This document shows positions 20,219 through 29,278 of a stretch of DNA of 64,000 nt, in pieces. Source of the DNA: Polyangiaceae bacterium. Lineage in GTDB: Bacteria; Myxococcota_A; Polyangia; Polyangiales; Polyangiaceae. The stretch spans positions 1-64,000 of the forward strand of contig JBNKBE010000023.1 in assembly GCA_050287085.1 (NCBI GenBank), read 5' to 3'. The notes under the pieces were generated by a model. It was not told the origin of the DNA, ran no database searches, and worked only from the letters and a program-made list of their open reading frames with translations. Position 1 is the stretch's first letter. Every line of letters starts with the position of its first letter. A program made the position numbers and the translations under genes.

Positions 20219-21601
20219 CTAGGGGTGGGCTCGGAAGTGAAAAGACCTGGGTCGAGTCAATACCTCATAGCCCACCGTCGACAGCGTGCAGCCACGACCT
20301 GAGTCCTTCACGCCAGTCCAAGCCAGCGCCGGATCCAAGTAGTCGCAGCGATTGAGGAACACGGTTCCCGTCTCGAGCCGCCGCCCAATACGCCGCGCAC
20401 CTTCTCCGTCGCGAGTCCAAATCGAGGCCGTTAACCCATAACGACTATCGTTCATCCGAAGGACCGCTTCATCGTCGGAATCCACAGCCATGATTCCAAC
20501 AGCGGGCCCAAACGTCTCTTCTCTCATCAGCGCCATGTTGTGCTCGACACCTGTCAACACCTGCGGAGCCGCGTAGGCTGGACCGAGGATTTCGTAGCAC
20601 TCCTCGTCTATGTGCAGGCAAGCCCCCAAACTCCGCGCCTCTTGGATCTGTCGCCGCACGTGTTCCGCTGCCGAAGAACGCACCAGCGGCCCCAGCGTAG
20701 TCTCGTGTTCCAGGGGATTGCCCAGACGGTAAGCTTTAACTTGCGCCACGAAGCGCTCGACAAACGGCTCAAACAGCTCCCGCGCCACATAGATGCGCTC
20801 TATCCCGCAGCAGCTTTGACCCGCGTTGTAGAACGCGCCGTCCACGAGGTTGTCCGCCGCGAACTCGACGTCGACATCGCGACGCACATAGGCCGGATCT
20901 TTGCCGCCCAACTCAAGCCCAGCGCCGATGAAGCGCTCTCCAACCGCCCGCTGTACCGCTCGTCCGCCAGCGACAGAACCCGTGAACGCAACAAAGCCAA
21001 CCGCGGGGTGACGGATCATCCGCTCAACCTGGGCATGGCTGCAGTGGACGACCTCAAATACGCCGGGAGGCAATGCCGCGGCTCGAGCGGCGCTCGCAAA
21101 GCGCTCAGCTACAAGCGGCGTCTGAGCTGAATGCTTCAACACGACAGCATTGCCCGCCATGAGCGCGGGCACGATCGAGTTGACGGCGGTGAGTAGCGGA
21201 TAGTTCCAGGGCGCAATGGTCAGCACCACGCCGAGTGGCGAACGCTCGATCCAGCGCTCAAATCCGGGCTTGTCGGGGGGCATCAGCGGGTTGAGAGCCT
21301 GCTCCGCGATGTCCACCATGTAGCGAGCACGCTCTTCAAAACCGCGAAGCTCTCCTGGAGCATCCCGGATGGGGCGCCCCATCTGCAGCGTAAGCTCGCG
21401 CGCGATCGCGTCTCTTTGATTCAGAACCTCATCGATCCAAGCGGTGCAGGCAGTCCGCCGCTCTTCGATGGACCGCGTTGACCACGCCCTCTGAGCGGCT
21501 TGGGCACGCTCCAAGGCGGCCTCCAACTGTGCGTCCGTCGCAAGGGGACGCTCGTCAACCAAACTGCCGTCAATGGGCGAATAGGTACACTGCAGCTGCA
21601 C
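20219..21601 (-). CDS. Aldehyde dehydrogenase family protein
   Basis: PWNYP, FTGS, LELGGKDP, NAGQSCC, EETFGP and YGLTASIW. GTG start preceded by TATTAT. Confidence 0.93.
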   Translation of the reverse strand: MQLQCTYSPIDGSLVDERPLATDAQLEAALERAQAAQRAWSTRSIEERRTACTAWIDEVLNQRDAIARELTLQMGRPIRDAPGELRGFEERARYMVDIAEQALNPLMPPDKPGFERWIERSPLGVVLTIAPWNYPLLTAVNSIVPALMAGNAVVLKHSAQTPLVAERFASAARAAALPPGVFEVVHCSHAQVERMIRHPAVGFVAFTGSVAGGRAVQRAVGERFIGAGLELGGKDPAYVRRDVDVEFAADNLVDGAFYNAGQSCCGIERIYVARELFEPFVERFVAQVKAYRLGNPLEHETTLGPLVRSSAAEHVRRQIQEARSLGACLHIDEECYEILGPAYAAPQVLTGVEHNMALMREETFGPAVGIMAVDSDDEAVLRMNDSRYGLTASIWTRDGEGARRIGRRLETGTVFLNRCDYLDPALAWTGVKDSGRGCTLSTVGYEVLTRPRSFHFRAHP

Positions 21602-21667
21602 CCAGCGATAATAGCTCGCTCCCACGAGCGCGCCCCGGAACTTTGTTTCGATGCGCTGCGCGCTCGT

Positions 21668-21889
21668 TCAGCGCAACCACGCCGAACGACCGCCCGTTGC
21701 CTGCATCTCGCTCGTCGTCGCGGACGGGCTGGACTGCTCCAACTCCACCAGTTCGCTCACCAGAGACATACACCCTCCACAGGCGGTGCCAGCTCTCAGC
21801 CGTTTACAGATGTCCACAAGGCCATCACCGCGCTGGGCGCAGGCTCGAATCTGGGAAGACGATACTTTGTGGCAGTGACACACTAGCAT
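21668..21889 (-). CDS. bfd: Bacterioferritin-associated ferredoxin (2Fe-2S)
   Basis: MLVCHCHKV...GTACGGC (C-X-C...C-X2-C), adjacent to bfr. Confidence 0.88.
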   Translation of the reverse strand: MLVCHCHKVSSSQIRACAQRGDGLVDICKRLRAGTACGGCMSLVSELVELEQSSPSATTSEMQATGGRSAWLR

Positions 21890-21982
21890 TGAGAAGTCCG
21901 GGCTGCTCTGGAGTCCCCCTGTCGAACGACCCGAGGCCGTTCAACCTTGAGCACTCTGTCTGATGACTCAACGCTAGCGTAC

Positions 21983-21997
21983 TGAAAACAGAAATCA
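21983..21997. promoter_or_regulatory. Possible Fur-type operator between bfd and bfr
   Basis: AT-rich TGAAAACAGAAATCA (TGA-N9-TCA) in a GC-rich background between two iron-storage genes. The palindrome is imperfect. Confidence 0.35.
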
Positions 21998-22224
21998 ACA
22001 CCAATTCACTCTTCCCTATTGCCCATCGAAAGCGCCTTCTCCAAAGTCCCGGAAAGAGCCGATTATTTCGGGCTTATTGCCACGGCATAAATGTGCGCAT
22101 GGAGCGTGTTCTCGGGATACATTCGCCTTGGGCCTGGCCCGCGGCGCCCGACGCCGAAGCCTCACGACCGCCCCGCTCACGATGAATCAATACCAAGCGA
22201 ACCCCAGAGGAGCACACAAGACCC

Positions 22225-22695
22225 ATGCAAGGTGACCCCGCAATAATCGAAGCCCTGAACGAGGTACTCACTGCCGAGCTCACCGCTATCAACCAGTACT
22301 TCATCCACCACAAGATGTGTGAGAACTGGGGGTATGCTCGCCTCTCCAAGAAGAAGCGCGAGGAGTCCATCGAGGAAATGCGGCACGCCGACAAGGTCAT
22401 CGCCCGCATCCTATTCCTCGACGGTCTCCCCAACATGCAACGCCTGTCACCCGTACGCGTAGGGGAGACCCCGATAGAGCAGCACGAGGTCGATCTAGCG
22501 CTCGAGTTGGAGGCGGTTCAACGCCTGAACCGGGCCATTGCCAGCGCCGTCGATAAGGCGGACAACGGGACTCGTGAGCTGCTCGAAGACATTCTGCGAG
22601 AGGAGGAAGACTCCGTCGACTGGCTGGAAGCCCAGCTGCACCTGATCAAAGAAGTCGGCGCCGAGCGCTACCTCGCAGAGCAAATCCACGATTGA
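22225..22695 (+). CDS. bfr: Bacterioferritin
   Basis: MQGD, ELTAINQYFIH, ESIEEMRHAD (heme Met and ferroxidase Glu/His), ILFLDGLPN. Confidence 0.96.
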   Translation: MQGDPAIIEALNEVLTAELTAINQYFIHHKMCENWGYARLSKKKREESIEEMRHADKVIARILFLDGLPNMQRLSPVRVGETPIEQHEVDLALELEAVQRLNRAIASAVDKADNGTRELLEDILREEEDSVDWLEAQLHLIKEVGAERYLAEQIHD

Positions 22696-22822
22696 GCAGG
22701 GCCGCACTCGTTGCGGCGGCCGCAGCCCGGCATCGCATAGCTGGGCACAGGATTCGTCGACGAGCTTCGCGTAGCTGGAGGTCGGTATGCGTCCCTGGCA
22801 AAGCTGAGCTAGGCTGGGTCAA

Positions 22823-23383
22823 ATGCCTCAGCAGTCTCATCGGCCCGAAGCTCGCCCATTGGAGAGCGGCACAGACACGCGGCTCACAGACTTTCCGTCT
22901 CTGCCCGAGCGCCAGACTTCCGTCGAGTGGCTTCGAAGCGTTTGGGAACAGCTCGAGCCCTTCCCCAACCGCACCGATCTCTACAGCCGCTTCATCGGCT
23001 ACTGCATTCCGTATACGGGTACCATCAATGCCCGAGTAGAGACACTCCGGCCCGGCTTTGCACGGGTTGTGATGGCGGACCGCAGAGAGGTACAGAACCA
23101 CCTCGGCTCCGTGCACGCCATCGCGCTGGCCAACTTAGCCGAGCTCACAGCCAATGCAGCGCTGGCATTTGGGCTCGCCCCAGACGCGCGCTTCATCGTC
23201 ACGGAGTTTGCGATGCGCTACCTGAAGAAGGCTCACGGTCCCATCGTCGGGACCTGTAGCTGCGAAGTGCCCACCAGCAGCGAGCGACGCGAGTACCCGC
23301 TGCAAGTACGCCTCACGGACAACGCAAACGACTGCGTCGCCGAAGCGAGCGTCGCGACTCTTGTCGGCCCTCGCAGAAGCTGA
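22823..23383 (+). CDS. Hotdog-fold PaaI/DUF4442 family protein
   Basis: IPYTGTI, NHLGSVHAIALANLAE and YLKKAHG. Confidence 0.82.
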   Translation: MPQQSHRPEARPLESGTDTRLTDFPSLPERQTSVEWLRSVWEQLEPFPNRTDLYSRFIGYCIPYTGTINARVETLRPGFARVVMADRREVQNHLGSVHAIALANLAELTANAALAFGLAPDARFIVTEFAMRYLKKAHGPIVGTCSCEVPTSSERREYPLQVRLTDNANDCVAEASVATLVGPRRS

Positions 23384-23435
23384 GGGCCCCCGAGAGGATC
23401 AGCCGGCGGAGCATGACTTTCCCGTCCGCGAGCCC

Positions 23436-25115
23436 CTAAGATCTCGCTTGGCGGCGAAGCCGACCCACGGCGCTCAACACAGCCCCCACACTGGCCGTGA
23501 GGATGCTGCTGTCCTTGCCCACTCCGAAACTCGTGTGCCCATCCATCGTGATCTGGACGTAGGCAACCGCTTGCGCATTCGCGCCGCGCCCCACCGAATG
23601 CTCACTGTAGCTGACCACGTCGACGTCCACGTCACAGGCGCGCTTCAATCCGTCCACGAATGCGTCAATCGGGCCGTTGCCGACGCCGCTCACGCGCCGC
23701 GAGCGGCCCTCGACGAGCAGGGTGGTGGAAAGCTCCCGCTGCTGTCCCTGAGCCTTGAGCTCGACGTTATTTTCCCCCAGCTGGATCGCCTGCGTTTCCG
23801 GCGTCAGGTACTCCCGCTCGAACGCCGCATGAATCTCCGCTGGGCTCAACTCCTTGCCGCTCTCGTCGGTCATCCGCTGCACCACCTGGCTGAACTCCAC
23901 CTGCATCGCGCGCGGCAGTACCAACCCATATTCGGCTTCAAGAATGTAGGCGACGCCCCCCTTGCCGGACTGACTGTTGATGCGAATCACCGCTTCGTAG
24001 CTGCGCCCCAGATCTTCTGGATCGATCGGGAGATAAGGTACCTCCCATTGTTCCTGCCCTCGTTCAGCACGCGCCGAGAGGCCCTTCTTGATTGCATCTT
24101 GGTGGGAGCCCGAAAACGCGGTAAAAACCAGTTCACCCGCGTAGGGATGGCGCGGATGGATCGGAAGACGGTTGGCGTATTCAGCCACCTCCACTATTTC
24201 GTTCATGTTCCCCAGCTCCAGCTGAGGATCTACCCCTTGTGTGAGCAAGTTCAGGCCCAGAGTGACGATGTCAACGTTCCCCGTCCGCTCACCGTTGCCA
24301 AATAAGGTTCCCTCAACGCGGTCGGCGCCCGCCATCATCGCGAGTTCCGCAGCGGCCACCGCGGTACCACGGTCGTTGTGTGGGTGAACGCTAAGAATGT
24401 AGCAACCACGCCCCGCCACGTTGCGTGCGAACCACTCGATCTGGTCGGCGTAGACGTTCGGTGTTGCCATCTCCACCGTGCTCGGCAGGTTGAGAATCAT
24501 CGGAGCGTTTTCGTTGGCGCCCCAGGCCTCCATCACCGACTCGCAAATCTCCTTGGCGAAGTCCAGCTCCGTCCCGGTGAAGCTCTCCGGCGAGTACTCA
24601 AAGGCAATCTCCGTACCCTCATATTGCGACGCAATGCGCCGCAACAAGGAGGTGCCTTCCACGGCGATGTCCACTACCCCGCGCCGGTCCTTGCGAAAAA
24701 CCACGTCGCGCTGCAACGTCGATGTGGAATTGTACATGTGCACAACGGCGCGGCGAGCGCCCCGAAGCGCATCAAACGTCTTGCGGATCAAGTGTTCGCG
24801 CGCTTGCGTCAGCACCTGAATCGTCACGTCGCCAGGGATGCGCTGCTCTTCGATCAGCCAACGCAAGAAGTCGTAGTCCGTCTGGGACGCGCTCGGAAAG
24901 CCGACCTCGATTTCCTTGAAGCCCAGCTTGATGAGCAGCTCGAACATCCGCCGTTTGCGTTCGTGCCCCATCGGCTCAACGAGGGCCTGGTTGCCATCGC
25001 GTAGGTCGACGCTGCACCAGGCAGGAGCCCGCTTGATGGTTGTCGAAGGCCAGGTCCGCTCCGGGAGCTGAATCGGGGGAAACGGACGATATTTGTGGGC
25101 AGGAAGTGAGGACAT
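23436..25115 (-). CDS. leuA: 2-isopropylmalate synthase (yeast/actinobacterial type)
   Basis: WCSVDLRDGNQAL, YSPESF, NLPSTVE, HPHNDRG, GNGERTGN, AFSGSHQDAI, and a C-terminal regulatory GNGPIDA. Confidence 0.96.
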   Translation of the reverse strand: MSSLPAHKYRPFPPIQLPERTWPSTTIKRAPAWCSVDLRDGNQALVEPMGHERKRRMFELLIKLGFKEIEVGFPSASQTDYDFLRWLIEEQRIPGDVTIQVLTQAREHLIRKTFDALRGARRAVVHMYNSTSTLQRDVVFRKDRRGVVDIAVEGTSLLRRIASQYEGTEIAFEYSPESFTGTELDFAKEICESVMEAWGANENAPMILNLPSTVEMATPNVYADQIEWFARNVAGRGCYILSVHPHNDRGTAVAAAELAMMAGADRVEGTLFGNGERTGNVDIVTLGLNLLTQGVDPQLELGNMNEIVEVAEYANRLPIHPRHPYAGELVFTAFSGSHQDAIKKGLSARAERGQEQWEVPYLPIDPEDLGRSYEAVIRINSQSGKGGVAYILEAEYGLVLPRAMQVEFSQVVQRMTDESGKELSPAEIHAAFEREYLTPETQAIQLGENNVELKAQGQQRELSTTLLVEGRSRRVSGVGNGPIDAFVDGLKRACDVDVDVVSYSEHSVGRGANAQAVAYVQITMDGHTSFGVGKDSSILTASVGAVLSAVGRLRRQARS

Positions 25116-25291
25116 GCTGTTCGCTTGCTAGACCCGTCATGCTCCGCAGAGACGTCGGCGGAACTGGGGGCGGCGTCGGCGACCTCCCTAGGAGGTCGTC
25201 GGCTAGGCCAGGCGCAGTGACGCGGGCTACTCGACACAAGCCTACAACGACGCGCCTACAACGGAAAACCCTCTTTGGCTAAGAACTCCGC

Positions 25292-25318
25292 GCGAGCGCT
25301 GGACTCGCCAGCGCTCGC
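25292..25318 (-). terminator. GC-rich hairpin downstream of the vWA gene (possible terminator, no strong U-tract)
   Basis: Perfect 11-bp stem GCGAGCGCTGG/CCAGCGCTCGC with a 5-nt loop. Confidence 0.45.
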
Positions 25319-25390
25319 CTAGCGTCGGAATGCGGCCCGGGGGTTGACCCGCGAAACCGAGCCCCGGGGGCCGTCAGTTCCGCTTGGGCA

Positions 25391-26842
25391 TCACTGAATG
25401 ATCGGGACCTGTAGCTCGCAGGGAAACTCGATACGCAGAGAGACGTCGCCGTTGATGTCGTTCAAGATCGCATCACAAGCTTCGCCCTGCACCACAACTG
25501 TGTAGTCGTTGTCCGGCGAGAGCATCCAGCCGTCCGGGCCCTCGAAGGTCAGTAACTCCTTGGAACCGTCCGCGCGCGTCAGCTCAACGCCTCCAAGTCC
25601 TGCGCTGTCCCGCTTGACCGCGGTGCCCATCTCAAACTCACACGTGCGGACGCCCCCGACCAGTTTGGACAACGAGTCAGCCAAGGCCTCCGCGTCCCCA
25701 GGCTGGAGAAACAACTCTTGGTCGTAGGCGGTAAGCTCGTCTGGGCCATATTCCGCGCGCGCGTACTTCCGCCAGTTTTCCTCTGGATAGTAGAAGTCCG
25801 AATTGGCTTCCTCCAGGCCGCGCACGTCGACAGCGTCCGTCTTGATGGCGTCGCGCTCCGTAGGCACAGCAACCTCGAGCCCTTGACCGGCATGTGCCAC
25901 ATCGTTGAGAAAGCGCGCTCCCGCTTCGGTGCCAAGACCGATCACGTAGGTCTGAATCCCGGCGGCATAAGCCGCCTGCACAGCTGCGATCACGATGTCT
26001 TGCCCCACCTGCGGATCGAAACGAGCGCAACTATCGGGCTCGCCGTCGGTCGCCAGCAGAATGTACTTGGGCCCGTCCGCGGGAAGCGCCAACAAGCGCT
26101 CGACCACTGCGTCGATCGCCTCTCCGGTGGGCGTTTCTCCTTTGCCCGGCGGAATCTCGTCGGCGCTTGGCCCCAACGCGCCGACGATAGCGGAGAAGTT
26201 GTCAGTCGCGGGCACCATGTCCAGATTGCCCATAATCGGGCACGTATTCGGCTCCTGAGCGTTGGACGTATAGGTCGCAATCGACATCGCAACGTCTGAC
26301 GAAAACGGCTCCAGCGCCTTCAAAGAATCTCGCAACGCCTCCCAGATATCAGGGAAGGTGCCGAAGCCATTGCTACCGCCGCCGGCCAGATTGGACGCAA
26401 ACATACTCGACGACTTGTCGACGAGAATGGCCAGGGTCGGCAGCAGGCTCTCGAAGGAAACGTCCTTGGAGTTGCACACCTCACCATTGACGAGTTCACC
26501 CTCGTCGCGAGGTGTCGTGGGAGGCTCGTCTACGAGGATCTCATCGCCATTATCAAGTACCGTCGGGGAGGAGTCCTCGCCACCGCCGCCGCTCATCGAC
26601 GGATCGTTCTTGTTGTCACCCGCTCCCCCCGAGGGCTTTCCTCCCGGGGCGTCGGTTCCCGTCCTGCCTCCGCCCGAAGGCCCGGGGCCCTCTGGACCGG
26701 CATCCGCGGCGCAGCCGGTGAACTGAAGCACAGCTCCCAAGACAAGCGCACAACCTGAGCGGGACACCCCGCAGACGTGACGAGATCCGACAATCGGAAA
26801 AGCAAAGTTCGCGCGAAAGCGCGCGGGCAGACGCTGCAACAT
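25391..26842 (-). CDS. vWA-domain lipoprotein (myxobacterial type)
   Basis: Lipobox-like FTGC, Gly/Pro linker, MIDAS DKSSS, TPT, LATDGEP, TYVIG, and a Cys-containing C-terminal domain. CTGGCA-17-TATACT lies upstream. Confidence 0.82.
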   Translation of the reverse strand: MLQRLPARFRANFAFPIVGSRHVCGVSRSGCALVLGAVLQFTGCAADAGPEGPGPSGGGRTGTDAPGGKPSGGAGDNKNDPSMSGGGGEDSSPTVLDNGDEILVDEPPTTPRDEGELVNGEVCNSKDVSFESLLPTLAILVDKSSSMFASNLAGGGSNGFGTFPDIWEALRDSLKALEPFSSDVAMSIATYTSNAQEPNTCPIMGNLDMVPATDNFSAIVGALGPSADEIPPGKGETPTGEAIDAVVERLLALPADGPKYILLATDGEPDSCARFDPQVGQDIVIAAVQAAYAAGIQTYVIGLGTEAGARFLNDVAHAGQGLEVAVPTERDAIKTDAVDVRGLEEANSDFYYPEENWRKYARAEYGPDELTAYDQELFLQPGDAEALADSLSKLVGGVRTCEFEMGTAVKRDSAGLGGVELTRADGSKELLTFEGPDGWMLSPDNDYTVVVQGEACDAILNDINGDVSLRIEFPCELQVPIIQ

Positions 26843-27288
26843 AGGCTGTTCAGTATATGTGGGTCGCGTTCAAATGCCAGTCGGGTCGGCGCAATGCCGA
26901 GCAAGAGCGCACTATCGACATGGACCGCGACTGCCGATGAGCATCGGCAGAACGCAGCCTTCTGACGCCGCAAGAAAAGTTCACGATTCACCTCATTGGC
27001 CGCGCCTCCCACGCGCCGAATCGGAAGACGACTAGCCCTCACGCCAGCATCGCCGATTAGTGCATGCGCCGCTAGGCATAGATCCTGGCCAAGCGAGTCC
27101 CATTTCTGCTAACAGACCGCAGCCCAAGGCGCCGAATCTACTAGGCTCTTGCGGCCGAACTGACGGCTTTTGCAATCATCGACTAGGCTCGCTTCATGGA
27201 GTCCGAACACGCCCCAGGACCCTGCGGCGTAACTTCACGAAGAGAGTGGCTTCAGGACCTGAGATACCAGAACCGACCGAGGCAATTT

Positions 27289-29070
27289 GTGAAACGACGA
27301 TCACGAGTATCCGTGCAGCATAAGCTAGTTGGCCCAGCTCTGACCCTCGCCCTATCCGTGAGCGGAGCCGGCCTCTGCGGCGTAGCCCAGGCAGGTACCA
27401 ACGAGGAGCAGGCCAAGAAGCTCGCAGAGCAAGCACTCTTTGACGACTATCTCAATCTGAAGTTCGAAGCCGCCAAGACGAAGCTCATATTGGCGGTCGA
27501 CCTCTGCCGTGATCAGTGCGACCCCGAAGTGCGAGCGAAGCTCTACCGCGATCTCGGAGTCGTTTATGTCGCAGGCCTGAAGAATCGCGACGAAGGCGTC
27601 GGGGCCTTCATGAAGGCCGTTCAGATCGATCCAGCCGTACAGCTGGATCCAGACCTTTCGAACGAAGACATCGCCTCCGCGTTCAAAGAAGCGCAGCAAC
27701 TGACGGCCGCAGGTGCAGATGCACCACCGCCCCCGCCCGGAGAGCCCGCAGCCCCCGCGCCGGACCAGGCCGTTACCCACACACGTGTCACGCATGCGGC
27801 GGTGAACACACCCTTGCCGCTGTGGATCCGCGTCGACGCCGGCGCCCTCGAGTCCGCCGTCAAGAAGGCAACCGTATTCTTCCGTGGTTTCGGAATGGCT
27901 CGCTTCAAGGCGGAATCCATGGGTGCGATGGACGACGGCGTATGGGGCGTGGAGCTCGGCTGTGGCGTCGTCGGCTCCTCAGAAGGCCTGTTCGAGTACT
28001 ACATCGTGGTGGTCGATGGGGACGGTGATCAGATCACCAGCATCGGCACCGAGTCCAAACCGATCCACGTCAACCTCCAACGGGACGTGCCTTCGGCCCC
28101 TGCCCCGATCCCCGGCAGCAAAGCGCCTGAGGCCTGCGAGACGGGCCCAGCCCCAGCCGCGGTAGCCAGTGTGGGTGGCGTCGGGGGCAGCTGGGATGCG
28201 GATTGTCCTCCGGACTTCCCCGGTTGCGGCGCCAAGGACGACAGCGGCGAAGGTGATGGTGCCGTCGAACCCGACTACGAGCGTCACTGGTTCTCGGTCG
28301 GCTTTCAGCAGGACTTTCTCTTCATGGACGCGTCCGACAACGCATGCGCCAGTGACGCCCCCGCTTCCTTGACATGTTTCTACCAAGATGGCCGAGTGCG
28401 CGACGCTGGAGAATTCGAGTTCATCGGCTCCAGCAGTACGTCTCTGCCGCCATTCAACACACCTGGGGCTCCCCCAGGAACCAACGGCGCCAGCAGCGCC
28501 GGACTCGCGCTTGGCACCCAACGCGTGCTCTTTGGCTATGAATTCGCGCTAACCCCTGCGTTCCACGTTGGGGGCAAAGTGGGTTTCGCCTTCAATGGTG
28601 GACCTCAGTCAAAGTACTACTACTACCATCCAACGCCTGTGGATGCAGCCGGTAACCCCACAACCCGGCGCGTAGACGCCAATGCTCCGGCAGACGAGGG
28701 CCCGATCTTCGTGCCCCTGCACGCCGAAGTCCGCCTGTCGTACTACCTCTTAACCGAAGGGCTCTTCCAGCCATTCATCGGTTTGAGCACGGGGCTTTCC
28801 CAGGTCGATGCCAAGGTTAACACACAGGTACGCGATCAGCGCTATACGACCCAAGGCTGTTCGAACGTCCCCACCGGCACGGCGGGCGACTGTTGGACCG
28901 ACGTTGAAGTCTGGCAAAAGTCAGGAACCGCCTTCGCCGGGGGTAGCCTCGGCACACTCCTGGCCTTCGGGAAGAATCACGGACTGACCCTCGAGGGGCG
29001 CTTTCTCTTCATGTTTCCCGCAAGCAGCGTCGGTCTAGGCGCACAAGCCGGATACACGATCGGACTCTGA
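27289..29070 (+). CDS. Secreted protein: N-terminal TPR-like helices, Pro-rich linker, probable C-terminal outer-membrane beta-barrel (start uncertain)
   Basis: Signal peptide ending AQA, TPR-like AKLYRDLGVVY...AFMKAVQIDP, a CPPDFPGC motif, and amphipathic beta strands ending AQAGYTIGL. Confidence 0.65.
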   Translation: MKRRSRVSVQHKLVGPALTLALSVSGAGLCGVAQAGTNEEQAKKLAEQALFDDYLNLKFEAAKTKLILAVDLCRDQCDPEVRAKLYRDLGVVYVAGLKNRDEGVGAFMKAVQIDPAVQLDPDLSNEDIASAFKEAQQLTAAGADAPPPPPGEPAAPAPDQAVTHTRVTHAAVNTPLPLWIRVDAGALESAVKKATVFFRGFGMARFKAESMGAMDDGVWGVELGCGVVGSSEGLFEYYIVVVDGDGDQITSIGTESKPIHVNLQRDVPSAPAPIPGSKAPEACETGPAPAAVASVGGVGGSWDADCPPDFPGCGAKDDSGEGDGAVEPDYERHWFSVGFQQDFLFMDASDNACASDAPASLTCFYQDGRVRDAGEFEFIGSSSTSLPPFNTPGAPPGTNGASSAGLALGTQRVLFGYEFALTPAFHVGGKVGFAFNGGPQSKYYYYHPTPVDAAGNPTTRRVDANAPADEGPIFVPLHAEVRLSYYLLTEGLFQPFIGLSTGLSQVDAKVNTQVRDQRYTTQGCSNVPTGTAGDCWTDVEVWQKSGTAFAGGSLGTLLAFGKNHGLTLEGRFLFMFPASSVGLGAQAGYTIGL

Positions 29071-29235
29071 GTAGGTCGGTGCAGGGCTCCGCTCACAGAG
29101 CCAAGCCCTGCCGCCCCGTCGAGTCCCCGAGCAGCTAAGGGCCCGCGCGCGGCTCGCTGTCCACTGAACCTCGCGGCCTCCGAGTGAGGGCGAGCCAAGG
29201 AGGCGTCGAAGCCCTCTGGGAACTACGACGCCCGC

Positions 29236-29262
29236 GAGTCCGCTCGAGGCACGAGCGGACTC
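29236..29262. terminator. Hairpin between convergent genes (3' of cellobiose phosphorylase)
   Basis: Perfect 11-bp stem GAGTCCGCTCG/CGAGCGGACTC with a 5-nt loop, 16 nt after the stop; no U-tract. Confidence 0.5.
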
Positions 29263-29278
29263 ACTCGAGGCAGCGGAT

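Noticed and set aside
23361..24305. 314-aa ORF antisense to leuA (similar shadows at 34000-35070, 7639-8526, 39768-40646, 47795-48694)
   Set aside because: Typical high-GC shadow ORFs opposite well-supported genes, with no recognisable motifs.
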